Source: Pseudomonadota bacterium (GTDB lineage Bacteria > Pseudomonadota > Alphaproteobacteria > Rhizobiales > JAKPQE01). From it: 64,000 nucleotides of DNA. Of the stretch, positions 1 to 9,275 are shown one piece after another (position 1 is the stretch's first letter; each line of letters opens with the position of its first letter). The DNA lies in contig JAKPQE010000179.1 of the NCBI GenBank assembly GCA_029572955.1, positions 83,650 through 147,649 on the forward strand, given 5' to 3'. The translations under genes were made by a program, and so were the position numbers. A model generated the notes under the pieces. It worked only from the letters and a program-made list of their open reading frames with translations. It was not told the origin of the DNA and did not search any database.

Positions 1-48
1 TGGCTTTTATTCCTACGGCGACGCCTGCCTGCTCCATCGGAACGACAA

Positions 49-1188
49 ATGACCGCCAGCCCCGCCGAATTCTCCTTCAGGCTGCTCGCCCGCGACGGCA
101 ACGCCCGCCGCGGCGAGATCGCGACGCCGCGCGGCGTGATCCGCACCCCGGCCTTCATGCCGGTCGGCACGGCGGCGACCGTCAAGTGCATGTATCCCGG
201 CCAGGTGCGCGAACTCGGTGCCGACATCGTCCTCGGCAACACCTATCACCTGATGCTGCGCCCCGGCGCCGAGCGCGTCGCCGCTCTCGGCGGCCTCCAC
301 GCCTTCATGAACTGGCCGCACCCGATTCTCACCGATTCCGGCGGCTTCCAGGTCATGTCGCTGTCGCGGCTGAGGAAGTTGACGGAGGAGGGCGTGCGCT
401 TCCAGAGCCACATCGACGGCTCCACCCACATGCTCTCGCCGGAACGCTCGATCGAGATCCAGACGCTGCTCGGCGCCGACATCGTCATGCAGCTCGACGA
501 GTGCGTCGCCCTGCCGGCGAGCGAGGCGGAGATGGAGCGGGCGATGCGCCTGTCGGTGCGCTGGGCCGAGCGCTCGAAGGCGGCGTTCGGCGAGGCGCGG
601 GGGCGGGCGCTGTTCGGCATCGTCCAGGGCGGCGACAACGAGCGCCTGCGCCTCGAATCGGCGGCAAGCCTCGTCGACATCGGCTTTCACGGCTATGCGG
701 TGGGCGGCCTTGCGGTCGGCGAGCCGCAGGAAACGATGCTCCAGGTGCTCGACTACACCTGTCCGGCGCTGCCGCAGGATCGGCCGCGCTACCTGATGGG
801 GGTCGGCACGCCGGACGACATCGTCGCGGCGGTCGAGCGCGGCATCGACATGTTCGATTGCGTGATGCCGACCCGCAACGCCCGCCATGGCGTCGCCTTC
901 ACCCGGCACGGCAAGATCAACCTGAAGAATGCCCGCCACGCCGACGATCCGCGCCCGCTCGACGAGACCAGCGGCTGCCCGGCGTCGAACCTTTATTCCC
1001 GCGCCTACCTGCACCACCTCGTCAAGGCCGGCGAGGCGCTCGGCGCCATGCTGCTCACCTGGAACAATCTCGCCTATTACCAGAGCCTGATGGGAAGCCT
1101 GCGCGAGGCGATCGGCGAGGGCCGGTTCGCCGAGACGGTCGCGGCGATTCGGGCCGGCTGGGCGGCGGGAGACATCCCGCCACTCTGA
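49..1188 (+). CDS. tgt: tRNA-guanine transglycosylase (queuine tRNA-ribosyltransferase)
   Basis: [27 protein letters not shown] and zinc-site motifs typical of TGT. Confidence 0.97.
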   Translation: MTASPAEFSFRLLARDGNARRGEIATPRGVIRTPAFMPVGTAATVKCMYPGQVRELGADIVLGNTYHLMLRPGAERVAALGGLHAFMNWPHPILTDSGGFQVMSLSRLRKLTEEGVRFQSHIDGSTHMLSPERSIEIQTLLGADIVMQLDECVALPASEAEMERAMRLSVRWAERSKAAFGEARGRALFGIVQGGDNERLRLESAASLVDIGFHGYAVGGLAVGEPQETMLQVLDYTCPALPQDRPRYLMGVGTPDDIVAAVERGIDMFDCVMPTRNARHGVAFTRHGKINLKNARHADDPRPLDETSGCPASNLYSRAYLHHLVKAGEALGAMLLTWNNLAYYQSLMGSLREAIGEGRFAETVAAIRAGWAAGDIPPL

Positions 1189-1213
1189 TCGGCCCGGCTC
1201 GATGCCGCTCCGC

Positions 1214-1399
1214 TCAGCGGATCACGGTCTCCGAGAGAACGAGCGCCGCCTCGACCGGCACCTGGGTCTTGCCCATCGCATCTACGGTCTTCGTGCGGCT
1301 CGAAACGTCGGCGACGACCGCCGTCAGGAGCAGCGCCACGGCGCCGATCAGCGCGAAGGAAAAGCTCTGTTTCAGGACGAACGACTGTCTCAGTGTCAT
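1214..1399 (-). CDS. small hypothetical membrane/secreted protein (61 aa)
   Basis: ATG at 1399 with GGAG upstream; hydrophobic stretch FALIGAVALLLTAVVA; fills the gap between tgt and the Nudix gene. Confidence 0.5.
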   Translation of the reverse strand: MTLRQSFVLKQSFSFALIGAVALLLTAVVADVSSRTKTVDAMGKTQVPVEAALVLSETVIR

Positions 1400-1566
1400 C
1401 TCGGATCTCCTGTCTGACTTTGTTAGCCGACTCCTTTTCTTGCTTTCGTTCTCAAGTGTGGCACCGATCGCCCGCCGCCAAGGGCTGGAAGGCCTGCAAG
1501 GCATTCACGAATTCGTGTAGCTTTTCGTGAGGTCGGCGCGGCAGCGAGCGAAAGGAACCCCGCATC

Positions 1567-2184
1567 ATGGGCAACAACGGACGGTCGTCCCGCACCGAGG
1601 TCGTCGAGATTTCCTCGAGCGAGCGCGTCTATGACGGCTGGTCCCGCATCGACCGGGTGACGGCCAGGGTGCGCCGCCGCGACGGCAGCGACCACACCCT
1701 GCGCTACGAGATCCGCGATCACGGCTCGGCCGCCGCGGTGCTGCCCTACGATCCCGTCGCCGGCACCGTGCTCATGGTCCGCCAGCTCCGCCTGCCGGTG
1801 CATCTGGCCGGCGAGGACGGCTGGATTCTCGAGGCCTGCGCCGGCCTCGTCGACCCGGCCGACCCGCATCCCGAGGCGACCGTCGTGCGCGAGGCCTTCG
1901 AGGAGACCGGCCACAGGATCCACGACCTCGAAGCCGTCGCCGGCGTCTATTCCTCGCCGGGCTCGATCACCGAGAAGGTCTATCTGTTCCTCGCGCAATA
2001 CCGGCGCGGCACCGCCGCGAGCGACTTCAAGGGCGATGTCGACGAGGATATCGAGCCGGTGGAAATGAGCGCCGAGGGTGCCTGGCGCCTCGCCGAGGTG
2101 GGCAAGATCGTCGATCTGAAGACGCTGGCGCTGATCCACAGCCTGCATGCCCGCCGGCCGGGCCTGTTCCTGCACCGGCGCTGA
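1567..2184 (+). CDS. Nudix hydrolase, NudK/ADP-ribose pyrophosphatase-like
   Basis: Nudix box GLVDPADPHPEATVVREAFEETG; AAVLPYDP; YSSPG. Confidence 0.9.
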   Translation: MGNNGRSSRTEVVEISSSERVYDGWSRIDRVTARVRRRDGSDHTLRYEIRDHGSAAAVLPYDPVAGTVLMVRQLRLPVHLAGEDGWILEACAGLVDPADPHPEATVVREAFEETGHRIHDLEAVAGVYSSPGSITEKVYLFLAQYRRGTAASDFKGDVDEDIEPVEMSAEGAWRLAEVGKIVDLKTLALIHSLHARRPGLFLHRR

Positions 2185-2198
2185 CGGCGCCGGACGGC

Positions 2199-3383
2199 TC
2201 AGGCCTTCCAGCCGTAGAGCCAGTCGTAACGGGAGATGAGCTTTTCCGGCGAGGAATGGCGCAGCGCCATGTTGCGGGCGAGCGCCGCCGGGCCGGACCA
2301 GTGGTAGACCCGCCCGTTCTCGGCCGCCTCGCGCACGACGCGCACGACACGCGGCTTGCGCTCGGCCTCGTAGGCGGCGAAGACCTCGGCGACGCTGTCC
2401 TTGGCCGAAGCGAGACGCCGCGCCAGCACCGTCGCGTCCTCGATCGCCATCGCGCCGCCCTGGGCGAGGAACGGCAGCATCGCATGGGCCGCGTCGCCGA
2501 GCAGGGTCGTTGCCTTGTCGCTCCAGTCGAAGTCCGGATCGACGCCGCAGAGCGCCCATTTCAGCCAGCGGTCGGGCAGCGACAGCAGCTCGCGCGGCGC
2601 CTCCGCCCAGGCTTCGAAGCGCGTGGCGAGCCAGCTCGCGTCGCCCGGCGCGCTCCAGTCCTCTTCCTGCCAGTCGTCGACGACGACGGCGACGATGTTG
2701 ATCTCGCGCCCGGCGCTGATCGGGTAGTGGACGAGGTGCGCCTCGCGGCCGAGCCAGAGGCCCGTCGCATCGCGCGGCAGGCCCGCCGGCATCTTTTTCG
2801 CCGGGATGGTCGCCCGCCAGGCGGTGCGCTGGGTGTAGACCGGCTCGGGGCCGCCGATGACCCGCCGGCGCACCCGCGACCAGACGCCGTCGGCGCCGAT
2901 GAGGCCGAGGCCGCGATATTCGATCGGCTCGAAGTCGCGATCGGCGGTGACGGTGATGCCATTGGCGTGGCTCACCGCATCGATGAAGGAAACGCCGAGC
3001 TCGACCCGGATATCCGGGTCCTCGCACGCCGCCTCGTAGAGGATGCGCTGCAGGTCGGCACGATGGATGACGAGGTAGGGCGCGCCGTGGCGCCGCTCGA
3101 TTTCGTCGGCGAGCGGGATCGTGGCCAGCAGCCGGGCGTTCGACGCCTTGCGGATTTCGATTCGCTCCGGCCGCACGGCCGCCGCCTCGAGCGCCGGGCC
3201 GAGGCCGAGCTCGTAGAGCGGCCTGAGGGCGTTCGGCGAGAGCTGGATGCCCGCACCGACCTCGGAAAGCTCGCGCGCCCGCTCCAGTACCGCGACCCGG
3301 AAGCCGCTGCGGGCGAGCATGAGGGCCGCCGTCAGGCCGCCGATGCCGGCGCCGGCGATGATGATGGTTCGGGTTGCAGCCAC
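2199..3383 (-). CDS. FAD-dependent monooxygenase (salicylate hydroxylase-like)
   Basis: GAGIGG Rossmann motif, GADG, GDAAHAMLPFLAQGGAMAIED. Confidence 0.93.
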   Translation of the reverse strand: MAATRTIIIAGAGIGGLTAALMLARSGFRVAVLERARELSEVGAGIQLSPNALRPLYELGLGPALEAAAVRPERIEIRKASNARLLATIPLADEIERRHGAPYLVIHRADLQRILYEAACEDPDIRVELGVSFIDAVSHANGITVTADRDFEPIEYRGLGLIGADGVWSRVRRRVIGGPEPVYTQRTAWRATIPAKKMPAGLPRDATGLWLGREAHLVHYPISAGREINIVAVVVDDWQEEDWSAPGDASWLATRFEAWAEAPRELLSLPDRWLKWALCGVDPDFDWSDKATTLLGDAAHAMLPFLAQGGAMAIEDATVLARRLASAKDSVAEVFAAYEAERKPRVVRVVREAAENGRVYHWSGPAALARNMALRHSSPEKLISRYDWLYGWKA

Positions 3384-3425
3384 GGGAGTAGACCTCGTTC
3401 GACCGCGCCGCCGTCGGTCCGGCGA

Positions 3426-3668
3426 TCAGGCCGCGTCTTCGAGGACGCAGCCGGCCGGAACGGTCTCTTCGGCGCCGAGCTTGTCGACGAAGCGGTAGCG
3501 GGTCGAGCAATAGGGGCAGACGATCTCGTTGTCGTCGCCCATGTCGAGGAAGACATGCGGGTGGTCGAACGGCGGCTTGGCCCCGACACACTGGAATTCG
3601 CGCACCCCGACCTCGATCGTCTCGACGCCGGCACTATTGTGGAAGTGAGGAACCGTATGGCTGGCCAT
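3426..3668 (-). CDS. zinc-finger (zf-CHCC) domain protein
   Basis: C-x8-H (CVGAKPPFDH), HVFLDMG, CPYC. Confidence 0.9.
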   Translation of the reverse strand: MASHTVPHFHNSAGVETIEVGVREFQCVGAKPPFDHPHVFLDMGDDNEIVCPYCSTRYRFVDKLGAEETVPAGCVLEDAA

Positions 3669-3836
3669 CTCCGCCCCATGCCCTTTCTGCCCGTTTTATC
3701 GGCATGGACAATAACGGCCTTGTCGCCCGATGGGTAGAGGCAATTGGACGTATGCGGACTGGCGCGATCGCTCCTAAATACTTATGTTGCACCGCATTCT
3801 TGACTTCCGTCCCGTCAATACCGCTAGCAAGGCGCC

Positions 3837-4589
3837 ATGAAGACATTCCTGTCCGGCAGCATCGAAATCGCCTATCTCGACGAAGGCACCGGCGATCCCA
3901 TCCTGTTGATCCACGGCTTCGCCTCGAGCGTGAAGTTCAACTGGGTCGACACCGGCTGGGTCGAGGTCCTGAAACGCGCCGGATTCCGGGTGATCGCGAT
4001 CGACAATCGCGGCCATGGCGCCAGCCGCAAGCTCTACGAGCCGGCGCTCTATCGTGCGCCGCTGATGGCCGAGGACGCGATCGCGCTGCTCGACCATCTC
4101 GGCATCGAGCGTGCCGACGTCATGGGCTATTCGATGGGCGCGCGGATCAGCGCCTTTGCCGCGCTCCATCATCCCGAGCGGGTCCGCAGCGTCGTCTTCG
4201 GCGGCCTCGGCCTCGGCATGGTCGAGGGCGTCGGTCCACCCGAGCCGATCATCCACGCCCTCGAGGCGCGCCACCTCGACGAGGTCACGCACCAGACCGG
4301 CCGGGCGTTCCGCCGCTTCGCCGAGAATACCGGGGCGGACCTTGCCGCGCTCGCCGCCTGCATGCGCGCCTCGCGCCAGCGCATCAGCGCCGAGGAGGTG
4401 GGCAGCATCCGCGTGCCGGTGCTGATCGCCGTCGGCAGCCGCGACGTGATCGCCGGTTCGCCGGCCGGGCTCGCCGCGCTCATTCCCGGCTCCGAGGTCC
4501 TCGAAATCCCGCGCCGCGACCACATGCTGGCGGTCGGCGACCGGGTCTACAAGGAAGGCGTTCTCGATTTCCTGAGGCGACGGCCGTGA
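3837..4589 (+). CDS. alpha/beta hydrolase
   Basis: LIHGF, DNRGHG, nucleophile GYSMG. Confidence 0.92.
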   Translation: MKTFLSGSIEIAYLDEGTGDPILLIHGFASSVKFNWVDTGWVEVLKRAGFRVIAIDNRGHGASRKLYEPALYRAPLMAEDAIALLDHLGIERADVMGYSMGARISAFAALHHPERVRSVVFGGLGLGMVEGVGPPEPIIHALEARHLDEVTHQTGRAFRRFAENTGADLAALAACMRASRQRISAEEVGSIRVPVLIAVGSRDVIAGSPAGLAALIPGSEVLEIPRRDHMLAVGDRVYKEGVLDFLRRRP

Positions 4590-5470
4590 GCGACGAGATG
4601 ATCCCGACAGAACCCGTGACCTTCATCGGTGTCGACGACAACCGCCTCGTCGGCGAGATGCGCGGCGAGGGCGGCCGCCCGGTGCTGCTGCTGCATGGCG
4701 GCGGCCAGACCCGCCATTCCTGGGAAGAGACCGCGATCCGCCTTGCCCGGGCCGGCTATCGCGCCATCACCATCGACCAGCGCGGCCATGGCGACAGCGA
4801 CTGGGTCGCCTCGGGCGCCTACATCTTCACCGACTATGCCGCCGACGTCGTGGCGGTCGCCCGCGACATCGAACGCCGCTTCGGCGCCCGGCCGGTGGCG
4901 ATCGGCGCCTCGCTCGGCGGCATTTCCTCGCTGCTCGCCGAGGGCGACGCCTCGGGCGGGCTGCTCGAAGCCCTGGTGCTCGTCGACATCACCCCGAAGG
5001 TCGATGCCGGCGGCGTCGCCCGCATCCTCGCCTTCATGGGCGACAAGGTCGAGGAAGGCTTTGCCTCGATCGAGGAGGCGGCCGACGCCATCGCCTCCTA
5101 CCTGCCGCACCGCAAGCGGCCGCAGTCCCTCGACGGGCTGCAGAAGAACCTGCGCCTCGATCCGGACGGGCGCTATCGCTGGCACTGGGACCCGGCCTTC
5201 CTCGTCGGCCGGCAGAACGTCAACAGCCATGTCGGGCATGTCGAGGAGCGTCTGCACGGCGCCGCCAAGTCGCTGACCATTCCGGTTCTGCTGGTGCGCG
5301 GCGCGCGCAGCGAACTCGTCTCCGAGGATCACGCCCGCGCGTTCCTCGACCTCGTGCCGCACGCCCGCATGGTCGACGTCTCCGGCGCCGGCCACATGGT
5401 CGCCGGTGACCGCAACGACATCTTCGGCGAGGCGATCATCGGCTTCCTCGAGGAAGCCGGCGCCGCCTGA
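4586..5470 (+). CDS. alpha/beta hydrolase
   Basis: GTG start overlapping the upstream stop (GTGA); LLHGGGQ, DQRGHG, GASLGG, GAGHM. Confidence 0.9.
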   Translation: MSDEMIPTEPVTFIGVDDNRLVGEMRGEGGRPVLLLHGGGQTRHSWEETAIRLARAGYRAITIDQRGHGDSDWVASGAYIFTDYAADVVAVARDIERRFGARPVAIGASLGGISSLLAEGDASGGLLEALVLVDITPKVDAGGVARILAFMGDKVEEGFASIEEAADAIASYLPHRKRPQSLDGLQKNLRLDPDGRYRWHWDPAFLVGRQNVNSHVGHVEERLHGAAKSLTIPVLLVRGARSELVSEDHARAFLDLVPHARMVDVSGAGHMVAGDRNDIFGEAIIGFLEEAGAA

Positions 5471-5473
5471 CGC

Positions 5474-6274
5474 TCAGCGGCCCTTGAACACCGGCCGGCG
5501 CTTCTCGAGGAACGCAGCGCGCCCCTCGGCATAGTCCGCGCTGTCGAAGCAGGCATCGGCGAGCGCCTTGATCGCCGTCCAGTCGGCCGCGAGCGGATCG
5601 CCGGCAACCCCGGTGATGGCGGCCTTCGCCGCCTTCAGCGTCAGCGGCGCATTGCCGGCGATCATCTCGGCGAGCGCCCAGGTCTCGGCGACGAGTTCCT
5701 CGGCGAGCACCACCCGGTCGACGAGGCCGATCCGCAGGGCCTCCGTATGGTCGAGCCGGCGCGCAGTGAAGAAGATGTCCTTGGCCCGCGACGGGCCGAC
5801 GAGATTGACGACGTCGCGCACCGCCTCCGGCGGATAGCCGACGCCGAGCCGCCCGGCCGGGATGCCGAACACCGCGTCGTCGGCCGAAATCCGCATGTCG
5901 CAGGAGACCGCGAGGCCGAGCCCGCCACCGAGGCAGAAGCCGCGGATCATCGCGATCGTCGGCTTCGGCGAATGGCGCAGCGCCGCGAAGGCATCGGCGT
6001 TCGAGGCCTCGTAGCTGCGCGCGCTCTCCGCCGTCGCCCGCACCGTCTCGAACTCGGAGATGTCGGCGCCGGCAACGAAGGCCTGCTCGCCGCCGCCGCG
6101 CACCATGATCACCCGGACGCTGTCGTCGGCGACGAGCGCGGCGACGAGATCGGGGATCGCCAGCCACATCTTCAGGTCGACCGCATTGCGGCGGGCCGGA
6201 TTGTCGATCACGATCCAGCCGATCGGCGCTTCGACTTCGGCATAGATCTTCTCGCTCGGGGAGGTGATGCGCAT
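5474..6274 (-). CDS. enoyl-CoA hydratase/isomerase family protein
   Basis: AFVAGADISE, GFCLGGG crotonase motifs. Confidence 0.92.
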   Translation of the reverse strand: MRITSPSEKIYAEVEAPIGWIVIDNPARRNAVDLKMWLAIPDLVAALVADDSVRVIMVRGGGEQAFVAGADISEFETVRATAESARSYEASNADAFAALRHSPKPTIAMIRGFCLGGGLGLAVSCDMRISADDAVFGIPAGRLGVGYPPEAVRDVVNLVGPSRAKDIFFTARRLDHTEALRIGLVDRVVLAEELVAETWALAEMIAGNAPLTLKAAKAAITGVAGDPLAADWTAIKALADACFDSADYAEGRAAFLEKRRPVFKGR

Positions 6275-6415
6275 CGGGACACTCGACGGGTTGGCGGATC
6301 GGAGATTTGCCGCCGAGGAATGCCGCCCGGGGAGGGGTGCGTCAACCTTTTCGGGCTATGCTCTGGCGAAAGTAGCAGTTCGGATTATCTTTGTCGTGAG
6401 AACGACGAGGGAGGC

Positions 6416-7246
6416 ATGCCCATGGCACAGCAGCGGCGCAGACGCGGCGAGATCGGCAGCATCGATCCGGTCTGGGACGAGATCCGTGCCGAAGCGACCG
6501 AGATCAGCCAGCGCGAACAGGCGCTCTCGACCTTCGTCTATACGACCGTCCTCAGCCATGAACGGCTCGAGGAAGCGGTCGTCTATCGCATCGCGTCCCG
6601 TCTCGACCACGCCGACGTGCCGGGCGAACTCATTCGCCTGACCTTCGACGACGTGCTCTCCGAGCGTCCCGACATCGGCATCGCCATGCGCGCCGACATC
6701 ATGGCGGTTTACGACCGCGACCCGGCCTGCCACCGCCGCATCGATCCCGTGCTCTATTTCAAGGGGTTCCATGCGCTGCAGACGCATCGCTTCGCCAACG
6801 CCATGTGGAACGCCGGGCGCAAGGACTTCGCGCTCTATCTGCAGAGCCGCTCCTCGCAGATGTTCCAGGTCGACATTCACCCGGCGGTGCGGATCGGCCG
6901 CGGCATCATGCTCGACCATGCGACCGGCCTCGTCGTCGGCGAAACCGCGGCGATCGAGGACGACGTCTCGATCCTGCAGGGCGTCACCCTCGGTGGCACC
7001 GGCAAGGAGGAGGGCGATCGCCATCCGAAGATCCGCCACGGCGTGCTCGTCGGTGCCGGCGCCAAGATCCTCGGCAATATCGAGGTCGGCTGCTGCTCGC
7101 GCGTCGCCGCCGGTTCGGTGGTGCTGACCTCCGTTCCTGCCCACACCACGGTCGCCGGCGTTCCGGCCCGGGTGGTCGGCCAGGCCGGTTCGGAAGAGCC
7201 CGCCCGCTGCATGGACCAGATGCTGGTCGGGGGCGAGGGCGAATAG
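6416..7246 (+). CDS. cysE: serine O-acetyltransferase
   Basis: RDPAC, YFKGFHALQ, DIHPA, DHATG, GGTGKE..RHPKI; GGAGG RBS before ATG 6416. Confidence 0.96.
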   Translation: MPMAQQRRRRGEIGSIDPVWDEIRAEATEISQREQALSTFVYTTVLSHERLEEAVVYRIASRLDHADVPGELIRLTFDDVLSERPDIGIAMRADIMAVYDRDPACHRRIDPVLYFKGFHALQTHRFANAMWNAGRKDFALYLQSRSSQMFQVDIHPAVRIGRGIMLDHATGLVVGETAAIEDDVSILQGVTLGGTGKEEGDRHPKIRHGVLVGAGAKILGNIEVGCCSRVAAGSVVLTSVPAHTTVAGVPARVVGQAGSEEPARCMDQMLVGGEGE

Positions 7247-7473
7247 CGGCGGCGGTTGCCAACCGGACGTTGCGCGCCGGATTTGATGTCGCGGCCGTGC
7301 TGGGTTATACGGGCGCCCACTGAACTCAGCCCATTCGCACCCTATGTAAGGAATGAGAAGGCTGCTCGGCGTGCCGTAAGGCTCGCCGCAATCGAGCGCG
7401 GCCGGCGATGATGTTTCGCTCGGGCCGGCGTGCTTCTCGACGTGAAAACCGTCCGCCAGCAAAAGGAATTCCC

Positions 7474-7683
7474 GTGACCCCCCAGGAAATCAAGAAAGTC
7501 GAATCCTATCTGCGTCGCCTCTTCGACATGCCGCGCATCGGCGTCAGGGCACGGCCGCGCAAGGACGATTCCGCCGAGGTCTATATCGGCGAGGAGTTCA
7601 TCGGCGTCCTGTTCCGCGACGACGATGACGGCGAGGTGTCGTTCAACTTCCAGATGGCGATTCTCGACATCGATCTCGACTGA
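7474..7683 (+). CDS. DUF3126 family protein
   Basis: GTG start; RPRKDDSAEVYIGEEFIGV..DDGEVSFNFQMAIL; usual position after cysE in Rhizobiales. Confidence 0.85.
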   Translation: MTPQEIKKVESYLRRLFDMPRIGVRARPRKDDSAEVYIGEEFIGVLFRDDDDGEVSFNFQMAILDIDLD

Positions 7684-7973
7684 ACCCGGACCGGCCGACG
7701 CCGCCGGGCACTGGCGGCGAGGCGGGCGCATCGGCGCCCCGATTTGGTACGGTTAGCGAAAGATGAAGGGCGGCACGGCGCGCGCTGTGCCGCCCTGAAA
7801 CATTCGTTAACCATATGATTTGGCGGAAAAATCGGCCGCCGGAGAGGAAAGCCGTCGCATTTCCGGACGTTAGCGGAAAATGCCGCGCACCCGCCGCTTG
7901 CCGGCACGGCTCTTGCGAGTTAATCCCCCAAACAGCGATCCCGTTTCATTTCGGGACGAAGAGGGGATGCGGC

Positions 7974-8303
7974 GTGAGTACCGAGTTGTTCATCTACACC
8001 TATGCGGCAACGGTCGGCTTCGTCTCGGCCGGCATCATCGGCAGCTTTTATCAGCTCATCACGGCCCAGGCCCCGCAGTTCCGCGTCGCCGAGAGCTCGT
8101 TCCTCGCCGGCTTCGGCTCGGTGATCCTTTGCTGCTTCAGCGCTCCCTTCATCATCATGCGCAACGCCATCCGCGGCCGCCGCATCGAACGCCGGCCGCT
8201 CGGCTGGCTCTTCGCCAGCGCGGCGATCTCGGTGATGTGGAGCGCCTGCACCGGCATCATCCTCCTCGAATTCATCATCGCCCTCAAAGGGCCGACGGTC
8301 TGA
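7974..8303 (+). CDS. conserved membrane protein (DUF6949-like)
   Basis: GTG start, three hydrophobic segments, [18 protein letters not shown]; usual position before gamma-CA. Confidence 0.7.
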   Translation: MSTELFIYTYAATVGFVSAGIIGSFYQLITAQAPQFRVAESSFLAGFGSVILCCFSAPFIIMRNAIRGRRIERRPLGWLFASAAISVMWSACTGIILLEFIIALKGPTV

Positions 8304-8338
8304 ATTCGCCCGACGTCACCAACGACAAGGAGGCGCGA

Positions 8339-8869
8339 ATGCCGCTCTGGTCCCTCGACGGGGTGCTGCCCGAACTCTCTGCGGACGGCGACTGCTGGGT
8401 CGCGCCGGACGCGACGCTCATCGGCAAGGTGCGGCTGCTCGCCGGCGCCTCGGTGTGGTTCGGCGCCGTCCTGCGCGGCGACAACGAGCTGATCGAGATC
8501 GGCCGCGGCTCCAACATCCAGGACCTCTCGGTGTTGCACACCGACATGGGCTATCCGCTGACCATCGGCGCCGACGTCACCGTCGGTCATCGCGCCATGC
8601 TGCACGGCTGCACCGTCGGCGACAATTCGCTCGTCGGCATGGGGGCGACCATCCTCAATGGCGCCCGCATCGGCCACAACTGCATCATCGGCGCCGGCGC
8701 GCTGATCGGCGAGGGCAAGGAGATCCCGGACAATTCCCTCGTCGTCGGCATGCCGGGCAAGGTCATCCGCACGCTCGACGACAAGGCGGCCGCCGCCATT
8801 CTCGGCTCGGCCCGGCACTATGTTGAAAATGCCCGCCGCTACGCCAGGGGGCTCGAGCGGGCCGACTGA
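8339..8869 (+). CDS. gamma carbonic anhydrase family protein
   Basis: [29 protein letters not shown] hexapeptide repeats. Confidence 0.95.
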   Translation: MPLWSLDGVLPELSADGDCWVAPDATLIGKVRLLAGASVWFGAVLRGDNELIEIGRGSNIQDLSVLHTDMGYPLTIGADVTVGHRAMLHGCTVGDNSLVGMGATILNGARIGHNCIIGAGALIGEGKEIPDNSLVVGMPGKVIRTLDDKAAAAILGSARHYVENARRYARGLERAD

Positions 8870-8873
8870 TCGC

Positions 8874-9270
8874 GTGGGGGACGCGACCGCGAGGGGCGCT
8901 GCCTGGGGAGGCGGCGCCCCTCTCATTTTGGCCGACCCGCAGGCCGGCCCAGGTCTTTGACTGAGGAGGGTGCAGTCGACGATGTCGCGGCATCGCAGAT
9001 GCCGATCGACATTTCCGATGCCAAGGCCACGCATCGCGTGGCGTGGCCGCGGCATGAACAAGGCGCCGGCTGCGCCAGCAGCTTCGGCGGCTGGGGAGAA
9101 GCCCGCAGGCCGGCCCAGGTCTTCACCTGAAAAGGGTGGAGCCGGCCTGTGGGGCAGGCCGGCCCAAATCTTCGCCTCGAAAAGGGTGGAGCCGGCCTGT
9201 GGGGCAGGCCGGCTCCGGGGACGACCCGGTCTGGGGACGGGGAGGGTGGGGACGCGACCGGGTCAGGGGT
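8874..9270. repeat. non-coding cluster of direct and inverted repeats (candidate multi-hairpin sRNA)
   Basis: 35-bp unit at 9129-9163 and 9179-9213; 22-bp unit at 8936-8957 and 9102-9123; GTGGGG(G)ACGCGACCG at 8874-8889 and 9246-9260. Confidence 0.8.
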
Positions 9271-9275
9271 TCCTC

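Noticed and set aside
9102-9213. Possible CRISPR array
   Set aside because: Only two full repeats, separated by ~15-bp interspaces that resemble each other; no cas genes in the window
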